DNA of 64,000 nucleotides from a virus (taxonomy: Duplodnaviria; Caudoviricetes): positions 1 to 64,000 of the IMG/VR virus record IMGVR_UViG_3300021311_000141, one strand, 5' to 3'. Made by a program: the position numbers and the translations under genes. This document shows, piece by piece, positions 53,455-62,084 of the stretch. The first letter of the stretch is position 1. Every line of letters begins with the position of its first letter. The notes below the pieces were generated by a model. It was given only the letters and a program-made list of their open reading frames with translations, had not been told where the DNA came from and ran no database searches.

Positions 53455-54424
53455 GTCCGCCTCCCATGTGCTGCTGCCGTTCCTGCTCACGGGCGGCCAG
53501 AAGCGCCGCCGCCATGTTCCTGCTTTCCTGCTGCCGTCGCTGGTGCTCCGTTGGGGCCCGCGTCTGCCCGCCGCCTGCCGGGGCGACCGGGACGGCGGCT
53601 GACGGTTCGCAGAAGGGCTTGTCGTTCCAGCCCTTGCCGTTGAGCCACTTTGACATGTCGCGCACCTTTCCGCGCCTCCATCGGCTGTCCTCCTGCGAGA
53701 GCAGCAAGATGGCGTCGCGGATGACATACGGCTCGGCAAGCGTGTGGTTTTCATACAGGCGCATCCACTCGCGCCATGCCTCTTCCTGCCGCTGCTGCAC
53801 GGGGTACACGTCCCAGCAGGACAGGAAGGCGCGCCACTGCGGATGCCCCTTGCTGGGGCAGTCGGTGCGCTTCGGTGTGGCGGGTACGGCAGGGGTGTCT
53901 TCGGCGGGATTTTCCGGCACGGAACCTGCTACGCGCGCGGGCGCGCATATAACCCCCTCCCCCCCTGTATTTATTTCTTCTCTACTCTTATCTACTCTAG
54001 CGTGACCGTGTGTGACGTTCTCGGTATCGTCGTGACCGTGTGTGACATTGCGTGACACTACGTGACACTCGGATTCCTCTGTGCGCTTTCTGGCGCGGCT
54101 TTCGCGCTTCCGTTCTGCTGCGCTTTCATCTTCACGCTTGGGCTGACGCTCGTTCCACTTGCACACGCACTCGTCGTCAATCAGCCCCTTCGCCTGCATG
54201 GCTTCCACAATGGCGCAGGCCGCGCCGTCGGGCATTCCCAGCATCACGTCAGCGGATTCACAGTCAAAGCCCTCAATGTGCCCACGTTCCTTCGCGGCAC
54301 TGGCTCGCTCCAAGAGCATCGCCCAAACAGCCACCACAAAGGCTACCGGCTGCCCACTCTTGCGGGCAACGACATGGAACTTCGGGTCGGTTGCCGTACC
54401 TTCGTGCCAACGAAACCAAGCCAT
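53417..54424 (-). CDS. Replication initiator (lambda O-like)
   Basis: MAWFRWHEGTATDPKF..VAVWAMLLE N-terminus; FLSCWDVYP..QEEAWREW..WLNGKGWND C-terminal domain. Confidence 0.85.
   Translation of the reverse strand: MAWFRWHEGTATDPKFHVVARKSGQPVAFVVAVWAMLLERASAAKERGHIEGFDCESADVMLGMPDGAACAIVEAMQAKGLIDDECVCKWNERQPKREDESAAERKRESRARKRTEESECHVVSRNVTHGHDDTENVTHGHARVDKSREEINTGGEGVICAPARVAGSVPENPAEDTPAVPATPKRTDCPSKGHPQWRAFLSCWDVYPVQQRQEEAWREWMRLYENHTLAEPYVIRDAILLLSQEDSRWRRGKVRDMSKWLNGKGWNDKPFCEPSAAVPVAPAGGGQTRAPTEHQRRQQESRNMAAALLAAREQERQQHMGGGHAGQTAIGDAAR
53961..54070. repeat. Putative replication origin: helically phased iterons plus pyrimidine/AT tract
   Basis: YGTGAC at 54001, 54011, 54031, 54041, 54051 and 54061; adjacent tract tatttatttcttctctactcttatctactct; inside the initiator gene. 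Confidence 0.75.
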
Positions 54425-54426
54425 GG

Positions 54427-55050
54427 CTATGCCTCCAACGGGCGGAACCGCACCACCCACACATAGGGGTTGTCTGCCCAGCCAAGGCCCCGCGCGGCGT
54501 AGATCTGATCCCACAACTTTGCGAAAGATGTGCGGCCGATCCATGTCTGTCGAGCGGCGATCTCGCCCATACCCTCTTCCCGAACGTCGCCATCAGTAAT
54601 GTCTTGCACCCGCTCCACGCTGATGCCGGTTATCTCCAGCGTCAGCCGGGACACCTCGCGGGGCATGTGGATCGCCGGCGACCAGTGCAACTGCGCCCCC
54701 GTATCGTCCGTGCCGAGCGTAATGCCGTCCGCGCGGTACAGGGCTGCCAACGTGTGGTCGTTTCGCCAGATGGGATAGAACGTCTCGCGCACCCACAGGC
54801 GGTCGCCAGGCGCGCCGAATGGGCAGCGGATGCCGCCGAGCATTTCTTCTTTTTCGATCTGGAAATACGCCTGCAAGCCGATGCGCGGATCAGGGTAGTA
54901 TTCCAGGTGGTGGAAGCGATGCGCGTGGCAGTTGAACCCTCCCACCACGGGCCGCCGCGTGACGTGTTTCACGCCGTTAAGAATGGCGCGCACCATGTTT
55001 GTGCTGAAAAGTATGGGCCGTTCCTTGACTTTTTGCTGATTTTCGTTCAT
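54427..55050 (-). CDS. ASCH/PUA-like phage protein
   Basis: ERPILFSTNMVRAILNGVKHVTRR, GDRLWVRET, WSPAIHMPR and NPYVWVVRF. Confidence 0.75.
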   Translation of the reverse strand: MNENQQKVKERPILFSTNMVRAILNGVKHVTRRPVVGGFNCHAHRFHHLEYYPDPRIGLQAYFQIEKEEMLGGIRCPFGAPGDRLWVRETFYPIWRNDHTLAALYRADGITLGTDDTGAQLHWSPAIHMPREVSRLTLEITGISVERVQDITDGDVREEGMGEIAARQTWIGRTSFAKLWDQIYAARGLGWADNPYVWVVRFRPLEA

Positions 55051-55119
55051 TATTTTTTCCTCTTCTTGGAAGTGTTTTCATTTCCAGATGCCCCGGTGTC
55101 TCTTCCACTGGGGCTTTTT

Positions 55120-55752
55120 TTACTTGAATTTCCGCCATGCGCTCGACGACGCAGGCTTTTCACGGCCCGCCGGTACGCGCTCGCACAGCGGGGTAAAACA
55201 TTCCTCACGCAGACCGCAGGGCAGGGTAAACGCTGTGAGGTGCATCCGCTTGCACTCCTGTAACTGCTTGCCTGCGGCTGTGGTTGCGTGTCTTGGCGTA
55301 CCCTGCGCCTGTTCCAGCGCGGCTTTGCTTTCTGCCAGTTCCGCGCGCAGTTTTTTCAGGGCGTTCTCGCTGGCATCGCGCTCCACCCGCCGCAGAGCCA
55401 GCTCCTTCTTAACAGCGTCCATCTCCTTTCTTGTGGCGTCCAGGTCGGCCTTGAGCGACGCAACTTCCGCTTTGTCGGTCGCCGGTGTCGCATCCCGCGC
55501 CTGTTTCAGCGCCTCCTGTAGCTGCGCCACCTCAACCCGCAGGCGTTCCACCTCGGCTTTGAGGCCAGTAACCATAGCGGCATGTCTTGCCCTGGCAGCT
55601 CGCGCAGATTCGCTTTTGGTGTTCTTGCGCCGTCTTTCCCTACACGCTGTGCCGCACGTCACCTGTGCCGCGTAGGCAGGCGCAAACGGGCTGCCGCATA
55701 TCAGGCAACGACGTTCGCTGTACCCGCTGGCAACTGTTACTGATGTTGTCAT
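55120..55752 (-). CDS. Zinc-finger plus coiled-coil hypothetical protein
   Basis: CLICG..CGTAC, then heptad repeats. Confidence 0.6.
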   Translation of the reverse strand: MTTSVTVASGYSERRCLICGSPFAPAYAAQVTCGTACRERRRKNTKSESARAARARHAAMVTGLKAEVERLRVEVAQLQEALKQARDATPATDKAEVASLKADLDATRKEMDAVKKELALRRVERDASENALKKLRAELAESKAALEQAQGTPRHATTAAGKQLQECKRMHLTAFTLPCGLREECFTPLCERVPAGREKPASSSAWRKFK

Positions 55753-55794
55753 TCGTCTCTCTCCCCCAATGTTTTCCGGGCTGGCCCGATACGT

Positions 55795-56049
55795 TCAATC
55801 TTCATCCCGACGCCCCCGCCGTCTTCCACGTTCATTCTGCAGAGCTTCCCGTATTTCGCTCTCCCGAATCTTGACGTATTGATCTAGCCACGCCTGCATC
55901 TCCGCCGTCGGGGCATAAGCGGCAACACGGCCATTCCCGGTTAGGCGGAACTTGCAATGGTGATAGGTGCGCAGCACATCAAGAGCCATCATGCTGAACC
56001 ACCTGTACGATCCTCTCTCCAATCCAGCGCATGACGGGCACGGCCTCAT
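55795..56049 (-). CDS. Hypothetical protein
   Basis: Coupled ORF. Confidence 0.45.
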   Translation of the reverse strand: MRPCPSCAGLERGSYRWFSMMALDVLRTYHHCKFRLTGNGRVAAYAPTAEMQAWLDQYVKIRESEIREALQNERGRRRGRRDED

Positions 56050-57020
56050 TGCACTGCCTCCGCGAACAGTGATGCCTGTTCAAATCCATTGGGGCGCGCT
56101 TCAGCAAGACGGCGTTGGGCAATCGCAACATAGTCTGGATTCAATTCAATACCGACAAAGCGCCGCCGTTCTTCAACACAGACCACGCCTACTGTCCCTG
56201 CACCGAAAAAAGGATCGAGCACGGTTGCGCCCTCCGGCGCTCCCGCACGAATGCAGGGGCGCACCAAATCAGGCGGGAATGTGGCAAAATGCGCGTCGGG
56301 GAAAGGGTGCGTTGGAATCGACCAGACAGAGCGTCGGTTACGGAACCCCACAGGGTAGGACATTGCGCCGCTCCCCTGTCCGCCACCCCGCGTATCGACG
56401 CCAAGACGCACAGTGCGGTGTTTTGTTGCACGGCGGTTGCCAAGATCGGCCGCCGTAATTTCCCTCATCGCTGTGCGGTCAAAATAATAGCGCGGGCGTT
56501 TGGACAGAAGAAAAAGGTATTCATGCGCCCGCGTCGGCCTATCAGCGACGCTTTCAGGCATGGGATTCGGCTTATGCCAGATGATGTCACAACGCAGATA
56601 CCAACCTACGTCTTGCAGCGCGAAAGCGACCCGCCATGGAATCCCGGCGAGATCCTTCTGCTTCAGCCCTCCTGCGCCGACGCTGCTCTCCCGCATGTTT
56701 TCCCGATACCCAGCCTTATCTGACGGCGCCTCCCCGTCGCCGGCATTTCTGTTCCCATGATATCCGGCATAGGTGTCACCCAAGTTAAGCCACAGCGTAC
56801 CGTCATCACGCAGCACCCGCCAAAGCTCGGCAAACACGGGCATCATGGCAGCGACATACTCTCCGGGCGTTGATTCAAGGCCTAGCTGGCCGGATACGCC
56901 ATAATCGCGCAGCCCCCAGTACGGCGGCGAGGTGACGCAACATTGCGCCGATTGCGGGGGGAGGGTGCGCAACACTGCCAGGGCGTCGCCTGTATGAATA
57001 ACGCCGGAGCACTCACGCAT
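56046..57020 (-). CDS. Beta-class N4-cytosine/N6-adenine DNA methyltransferase
   Basis: VTSPPYWGLRDYG (motif IV) precedes HFATFP and VLDPFFGAGT (motif I). Confidence 0.92.
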   Translation of the reverse strand: MRECSGVIHTGDALAVLRTLPPQSAQCCVTSPPYWGLRDYGVSGQLGLESTPGEYVAAMMPVFAELWRVLRDDGTLWLNLGDTYAGYHGNRNAGDGEAPSDKAGYRENMRESSVGAGGLKQKDLAGIPWRVAFALQDVGWYLRCDIIWHKPNPMPESVADRPTRAHEYLFLLSKRPRYYFDRTAMREITAADLGNRRATKHRTVRLGVDTRGGGQGSGAMSYPVGFRNRRSVWSIPTHPFPDAHFATFPPDLVRPCIRAGAPEGATVLDPFFGAGTVGVVCVEERRRFVGIELNPDYVAIAQRRLAEARPNGFEQASLFAEAVQ

Positions 57021-57400
57021 TACGCATCCCCCGCCGGGAGGCCTCTCCCTATGCCCCACCGCTCTTGCGGCCCGGAGTACAGAGCGTCCACGCCGGCACC
57101 CACCGGCACTGCGTGGGTAGATTGCGCCTCAACAAGGGCGAGCTGCATGTGGGACATCTCGGCATGGAGATTTTCCAGTTCCTCGGTCAGTCGTGTATTG
57201 CGCGCTTCGAGCTGGGCAATCCTCGCCCGGTATTCCCGTGTGACGAACTCCTGCCAGAGCGCAAGCGAGGCCTGCAGCCCCGCTGTGACCGCTTCCTCGT
57301 ATGTCTGACCATTGGGCTTGCGGGAAAGATGTCCCGCAGTCAGATGTGTGAACACCTGATGCCGGGCCAGATACTTTTGCCTGGTTCGCTCATCCATCAT
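57020..57400 (-). CDS. Coiled-coil hypothetical protein
   Basis: Coupled ORF. Confidence 0.5.
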   Translation of the reverse strand: MMDERTRQKYLARHQVFTHLTAGHLSRKPNGQTYEEAVTAGLQASLALWQEFVTREYRARIAQLEARNTRLTEELENLHAEMSHMQLALVEAQSTHAVPVGAGVDALYSGPQERWGIGRGLPAGDA

Positions 57401-57537
57401 TCCCATTCCTCCTCGGCGGCGTGTTCCAGCGCCTTGTAGTGCAGGTACATGGATACCCCCACGATCGTCAGGGCAATAATCACGACAGCGCCAATCCCTG
57501 CAGCCCCCCACAGGACAAGTTCAAACCACCAGTGCAT
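57397..57537 (-). CDS. Small single-TM protein
   Basis: GGGGGG SD; hydrophobic VLWGAAGIGAVVIIALTIVGV. Confidence 0.5.
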   Translation of the reverse strand: MHWWFELVLWGAAGIGAVVIIALTIVGVSMYLHYKALEHAAEEEWE

Positions 57538-57550
57538 GTCCGCCCCCCCC

Positions 57551-58036
57551 CTATTCGCCCGCGCCGCCCTTCCGCATCCACTCGCGGCGATAGCTTTCCA
57601 TCGTTTCATCCAGTTCCTTCTGGGCAGCATGATGCAGGGGAAGGACTTTTTCAGGGGGTAGCTTGCCTTCATGGACGGCCTGCCAGAACTCGTTGCAACG
57701 GTTGAGGTCATCCATAACCTCGTCGCGCACATCGTCATGGCTTGGGGTCACTTCCAGAGAAACAGCCTTGTAGCCGGTCTTGGAGTTGAGCCAGAGCACC
57801 GGGCCGGGAGCGACCGCATAGGGCGCGCTTCCCATGCAGGCCCGGATCAGGGGGAGCAGCGCATCCACGCCGATTTTCGCGCCGTCATCGTTGGGGTCGA
57901 GCTGGCGGTACAAGGAGGTGTAGGACATGCCCACGTCCCCGGCGATGGCCTTCAACGGTCTCCCGCTGGCGTCCACCATGCGGGAAACGACTTCAGAAAG
58001 GGGCAGATTGTTAAAAAAATCATTCTTGCTCATCAC
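57551..58036 (-). CDS. CII-like phage regulatory protein
   Basis: LKAIAGDVGMSYTSLYRQLDPND..ALLPLI HTH; position after cro. Confidence 0.7.
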   Translation of the reverse strand: MMSKNDFFNNLPLSEVVSRMVDASGRPLKAIAGDVGMSYTSLYRQLDPNDDGAKIGVDALLPLIRACMGSAPYAVAPGPVLWLNSKTGYKAVSLEVTPSHDDVRDEVMDDLNRCNEFWQAVHEGKLPPEKVLPLHHAAQKELDETMESYRREWMRKGGAGE

Positions 58037-58234
58037 TTATCCTTTTGTTTAGAGCATGGAACAATGGCCCCATGCAAAGTTACAAAAGTTCTCCCGCTCA
58101 TTTACACATTGCCCCTCGTGGATCCGTGTGGCGCGTTGCGGTGATTCTCCCCGGCTGCATCCTGTGGAGATCATACAGTCGGGCAGAATTTCCAACCCCG
58201 GAAGACGCCCTGCATCGCTGCCTTGAGGGGACGG

Positions 58235-58495
58235 CTACGCGGGCAGCGCCCCTTCGGGCGGCGTGGTGGGGCTGGCTTTAGAACGCTTGCGGCAAGTGAC
58301 GGGCTTCGGCCACTTGCCGTAGATGATGGGCCAGAGCCTAAAAAGGCTCTCTGTTTTCAAGTTCGCTTCCTGCTTGTGGAGGAAGCGCCACAGGCTCGCA
58401 GGCTCTACGCCAGATTCTAGGGCGAGCCTGTGAAGAGTGATGCCTCTCTCACGAATAACGGTCTCAATGTCCGCGCGTAGTGTCTGTCTGTTCAT
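58235..58495 (-). CDS. Cro-like HTH regulator
   Basis: ITLHRLALESGVEPASLWRFL HTH; divergent from the repressor. Confidence 0.8.
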   Translation of the reverse strand: MNRQTLRADIETVIRERGITLHRLALESGVEPASLWRFLHKQEANLKTESLFRLWPIIYGKWPKPVTCRKRSKASPTTPPEGALPA

Positions 58496-58501
58496 GGGGT
58501 C

Positions 58502-58565
58502 TTTGTATGTCGAACGACATTAGGTGTCAACAAAAATTTTGTCGAACGACTTTTGACGAACGACA
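58502..58565 (-). promoter_or_regulatory. PR promoter and OR operators
   Basis: Minus-strand TTGACA-17-TACAAA; operators TGTCGAACGACA (58508), TGTCGAACGACT (58540) and TGACGAACGACA (58554). Confidence 0.85.
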
Positions 58566-58587
58566 AGCCTTGATTGTAGGTGAAGCC

Positions 58588-59091
58588 ATGAGCGTTGAGG
58601 AAAAATTCAAAGCGGCCCTTGTCCGAGTTCTGGATGATGGCACCTTCAAGAGCCAGACGGCGCTTTGCGCCGCCGCAGGCGCGGATCAGGGCGGCGTGAG
58701 CCGTTTTATTCAGACGGCCATGTACAATGCCGGAAAAGGAAAAAAGCCTCGCCTTCCCAAGGAAAATCTTACTCTTGATGTGGTTTCCAGACTTGTGGAA
58801 GCAATGGGAGGGGATCTTGTCTTTCCGTGGGATGAAGGAGGCGCTTCTGCAAGCGTTAAGGTGAAACAGCTTGAATTAAGGCTTGAGGAAGCCAAAAAAG
58901 CGATTGCTGACCTTGAACGCGATATGCTGAAAAAAGATGGGGAGATCGAGGGTTATCTAAAAACCATTGTCCGTCTTTCAAATCCAGACAGTTCACCCAT
59001 CCCCCAAAAACTCCAACAAAAATCATTATTCGAGGACGACACGAATACTCCATCGCAACGGTTGCAGAATAATCTTCCTGGTACGGGATAA
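58588..59091 (+). CDS. CI-like repressor: HTH plus coiled coil, no S24 peptidase domain
   Basis: KSQTALCAAAGADQGGVSRFI helix-turn-helix, LTLDVVSRLVEAMG, C-terminal heptads. Confidence 0.7.
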   Translation: MSVEEKFKAALVRVLDDGTFKSQTALCAAAGADQGGVSRFIQTAMYNAGKGKKPRLPKENLTLDVVSRLVEAMGGDLVFPWDEGGASASVKVKQLELRLEEAKKAIADLERDMLKKDGEIEGYLKTIVRLSNPDSSPIPQKLQQKSLFEDDTNTPSQRLQNNLPGTG

Positions 59092-59239
59092 GCCTTAATG
59101 TATAAATTTTATGAAAGTGAGATATTTGAACTGTACTTTCCGGATTGTGACGGCTCTGCTGATTGAACGACACCAGATAATTTTCAAAGCCCTTGTAGAA
59201 GGCAAGTTTGAGAGTGGCGTTCCAGAGAGGAATTGAGAA

Positions 59240-59473
59240 ATGTACAGACAATGGTACAATACAAGGCACAACGATGACAGAAAGAATGATATTGAATTTG
59301 TAAATTGTGGTAACCCAATGTGCAATAGGACGCTAGAGTTGTCTAAATATATATTGCATAATAATATCCGTGATGGTGTAGAAACTGAACGTATACATGA
59401 AGTATGTGAACCGCGTCTGCGTGATGTTGTTATATTATGCACCTGCGGACATTTTACAAGATTTACAGTGTAG
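59240..59473 (+). CDS. Small Cys/His-rich protein
   Basis: GAGG SD; CGNPMC..CTCGH. Confidence 0.55.
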   Translation: MYRQWYNTRHNDDRKNDIEFVNCGNPMCNRTLELSKYILHNNIRDGVETERIHEVCEPRLRDVVILCTCGHFTRFTV

Positions 59474-59810
59474 CATTTTTTTCTTTAAGAAGTCTATACG
59501 CCTCTATTAGTTCTTTTTCATTACCAAAGAAAAGCGCAGGGCGACCTCTGCATGGGCAATAATCTTCTGTGCATTTGTCTTTTTCCCCACAATTTGTGCA
59601 TTCAGCGGGTTTCAGTTCTCCGAGAAAACCCAACCTTCCAGCCACGAACCACAATGCCCTAGCAATGTCCACGCGATTTTCACCGATATGTGCATCCATG
59701 GCTTCGGATAGCGCATCGAATACAGCTTCATTAAAAAAAATCTTTTTAATGTCCTGTGTAAATTCTTCTTTCTGCAAAATTATTTCTAATGCTTTACGCA
59801 GATTGCTCAT
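59463..59810 (-). CDS. AT-rich hypothetical protein with a Cys cluster
   Basis: GGAGG SD at MSNLRK; CTNC..C..CPC. Confidence 0.6.
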   Translation of the reverse strand: MSNLRKALEIILQKEEFTQDIKKIFFNEAVFDALSEAMDAHIGENRVDIARALWFVAGRLGFLGELKPAECTNCGEKDKCTEDYCPCRGRPALFFGNEKELIEAYRLLKEKNATL

Positions 59811-60129
59811 TTTTACCTCCATGCTTATTGCACTTGTAGTGCTTTGCACGACAACGGTTATTCTTGCTATTCATTTTGATTATGTTACGCCAGCTCTTAT
59901 TTCTGCGTTTGCGATAGCATTTGCTGCCTCCGCTGGCTACTATTTTTTTAGATTGATGCTCTTCATATTCTTCATCTATAAAAATGAAGCTGAAATGTGT
60001 GGGGATTTCATCTCTAAGAAGCGTTTTATAAATAAACGGTCGGACAACAAAAAAATAGAAAATCAAACCGATAATGGCTCCGAAAATAAGACAGAATAAA
60101 TGCAATGCAGGTAAGAATTGTTCAATCAA
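59794..60129 (-). CDS. AT-rich membrane-anchored protein
   Basis: AAGGAG SD, TTG start, N-terminal TM, overlap with the next gene. Confidence 0.55.
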   Translation of the reverse strand: MIEQFLPALHLFCLIFGAIIGLIFYFFVVRPFIYKTLLRDEIPTHFSFIFIDEEYEEHQSKKIVASGGSKCYRKRRNKSWRNIIKMNSKNNRCRAKHYKCNKHGGKNEQSA

Positions 60130-60197
60130 AGTAGTTCTCCTTGCAACCTAATGATGTATTAATAAAATTGTATATTGTGCTAAACACAAAATATTAT

Positions 60198-60533
60198 TCA
60201 CTGCATACCTTCAAGACAATTCTTCAAGATTCGTTTTATCCAAATGTAGCGCAAACTACCCACTTCGACCAAATCCCAGTTTTGCAATGATAAGCAGTCA
60301 GCTAGTTGAGAAAGGGTAACATACGGCTTGATAACGGTTAATATGTTTTTTTGTGCATGTTCAAAACAAAAATAATGTGTCTTCCCATATCCACGAAAAA
60401 TTATTTCGTTATCACTATTTCTTACATATAAATTCTCGACACGGATTGCAAATTTATTATTATCTGTATTGTCTCCGCGTTGTGCAAGCAATTTGCCGCA
60501 CACCTCACAAATAGCATCATCTGCCAGTTTCAT
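60198..60533 (-). CDS. AT-rich hypothetical protein
   Basis: CEVC..FCFEH possible metal site; starts 9 bp from the IS left end. Confidence 0.55.
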   Translation of the reverse strand: MKLADDAICEVCGKLLAQRGDNTDNNKFAIRVENLYVRNSDNEIIFRGYGKTHYFCFEHAQKNILTVIKPYVTLSQLADCLSLQNWDLVEVGSLRYIWIKRILKNCLEGMQ

Positions 60534-60542
60534 CTAATTTTC

Positions 60543-61799
60543 GGCGCGGAAACCTCGGCATTCATGCCGGGGAGGAAGCGCCGCCTCCAAAGTTTTTCCT
60601 TGACTGCCAAGTTGTTACACACTATTTTTCCCTATATGAAGCGCACCATCTCAATCAAGCTCCTCACAACAGCGGAACAGAAAGCCGCACTTGAAGACTT
60701 GCAAAAGGAATTTAACGCGGCATGCAATCAGATTGTTCCTGTTGCCGCCGTCAACAAATGTGCGAACCGAGTCGCGCTGCATCACCTCGCCTACTATGCT
60801 GTGCGTGAAACGCATCCGGCATTGGGCAGCCAGATGGTGTGCAATGCTGTGAAAGCGGTTGCTGATGCCTACAAAACATTCTTTGCAAACAATCCGAAGA
60901 AGCGACGTGAGGAATGGAGTTTGCTTGCCTTCAAAAACGGTTCTGTGCATTATGACGCCAGAACGTATAGCATGAAGGGCAATCTGCTTTCGCTGTTCAC
61001 ACTCTCTGGCCGCATCAAGCTTGAAATGCGTATCGGCGACTTTCAGGCCCAGTACCTTGCCAAGGGCAAAATCAAGGAAGCCGAGCTTATCCATAAACGC
61101 CACCGTTGGTACTTCAATCTTGTTCTTGACCTTCCAGATACCGCGCTCAATGGTGGCGAGGGTGTCCTGGGTGTTGATATTGGAGAGAACAATCTTGCCG
61201 CCACAAGTACGGGTATGCTCCTGGGCGGCGGTCAACTTCGCTACGAACGCGACAAGTTCCTTGCACTTCGCAGCCGTCTTCAAAGCAACGGCACCAAAAG
61301 CGCCAGGCAGCTTTTGGCAAAGGTCTCCGGCAGAGAAGCACGGCACGTCAAACATGTAAATCACGAAGTCAGCAAGGCCATTGTCGCTGAAGCGGTGAAG
61401 AACGGTTTTTCCACGATTGCCATGGAAGACTTGACGCACATCCGCAAGCACATCAAGGCTGGACGCAAAATGCGTACCCGCTTGCATCGCTGGGCGTTCC
61501 GTCAGCTTCAGAACTTTATCACATACAAGGCAGAGGCTGCGGGTATCCACGTGGTCTATGTTGACCCTGCTTATACCTCGCAGACGTGTTCCGTATGTGG
61601 CTCTCGTGGAAATCGTTCTCAACATCGTTTCTCGTGCCCTTCTTGTGGCAGGCTTGCCCACGCTGACCTCAATGCAGGTCTAAACATTGCAAGCCTTGGC
61701 AGCACTGCCGTGCGGTCAACGGGCGCTGTAAACCGTCCGAATGTAGCACTTCCCTCGAAGTGACTATAAAGCTCCGCCCTTCAGGGCGGGGTTGTTTAC
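60543..61799 (+). mobile_element. IS200/IS605-family element, tnpB only (IS1341 type, non-autonomous); boundaries +/-1 nt
   Basis: Left-end hairpin cctcggcat-tc-atgccgggg; right-end hairpin ctccgccct-tc-agggcgggg ending in TTAC; no tnpA in the window. Confidence 0.85.
60636..61763 (+). CDS. tnpB: TnpB RNA-guided endonuclease
   Basis: RuvC triad intact (LGVDIG, IAMEDL, HADLNA); zinc finger CSVCG..CPSCG. Confidence 0.95.
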   Translation: MKRTISIKLLTTAEQKAALEDLQKEFNAACNQIVPVAAVNKCANRVALHHLAYYAVRETHPALGSQMVCNAVKAVADAYKTFFANNPKKRREEWSLLAFKNGSVHYDARTYSMKGNLLSLFTLSGRIKLEMRIGDFQAQYLAKGKIKEAELIHKRHRWYFNLVLDLPDTALNGGEGVLGVDIGENNLAATSTGMLLGGGQLRYERDKFLALRSRLQSNGTKSARQLLAKVSGREARHVKHVNHEVSKAIVAEAVKNGFSTIAMEDLTHIRKHIKAGRKMRTRLHRWAFRQLQNFITYKAEAAGIHVVYVDPAYTSQTCSVCGSRGNRSQHRFSCPSCGRLAHADLNAGLNIASLGSTAVRSTGAVNRPNVALPSK

Positions 61800-62011
61800 T
61801 CCACGGAACATTCCCATCCCCTCTAGTTTCGAGATAGATTCCATCGTGGCCCGGTTCCTCTGGGCAGTCTCCCCTTCCCAGCCAAGATAGAGGATGGCGC
61901 TACTTTTATGGCCGCCATCGTCTGCGTTTTTGTTCTTATCCCGCCGTTCTCCTCCATCTTCCCCACACACAGGAATCTCCTCTGTTTTTTGTCGTTCCGT
62001 TTATAAGGTTG

Positions 62012-62084
62012 TAGTGCACGACAAAAAATAATTTGTCAAACGACAAAAATTTTACTTGCAATTTTTTGTCGTTCGACATACAAG
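62012..62084 (+). promoter_or_regulatory. PL promoter and OL operators
   Basis: TTGCAA(62056)-17-TACAAG(62079); operators TGTCAAACGACA (62034) and TGTCGTTCGACA (62067); 62067-62083 is the exact reverse complement of 58503-58519. Confidence 0.85.

Noticed and set aside
59095-60099. ORFs 59095-59442 (-), 58856-59269 (-) and 59569-60099 (+)
   Set aside because: Overlap better-supported ORFs on the other strand that have clear SDs and coupling
60636-61763. Domesticated nuclease-dead TnpB (TldR) or Cas12
   Set aside because: All three RuvC acidic residues are present, IS ends flank the gene and no CRISPR array is adjacent
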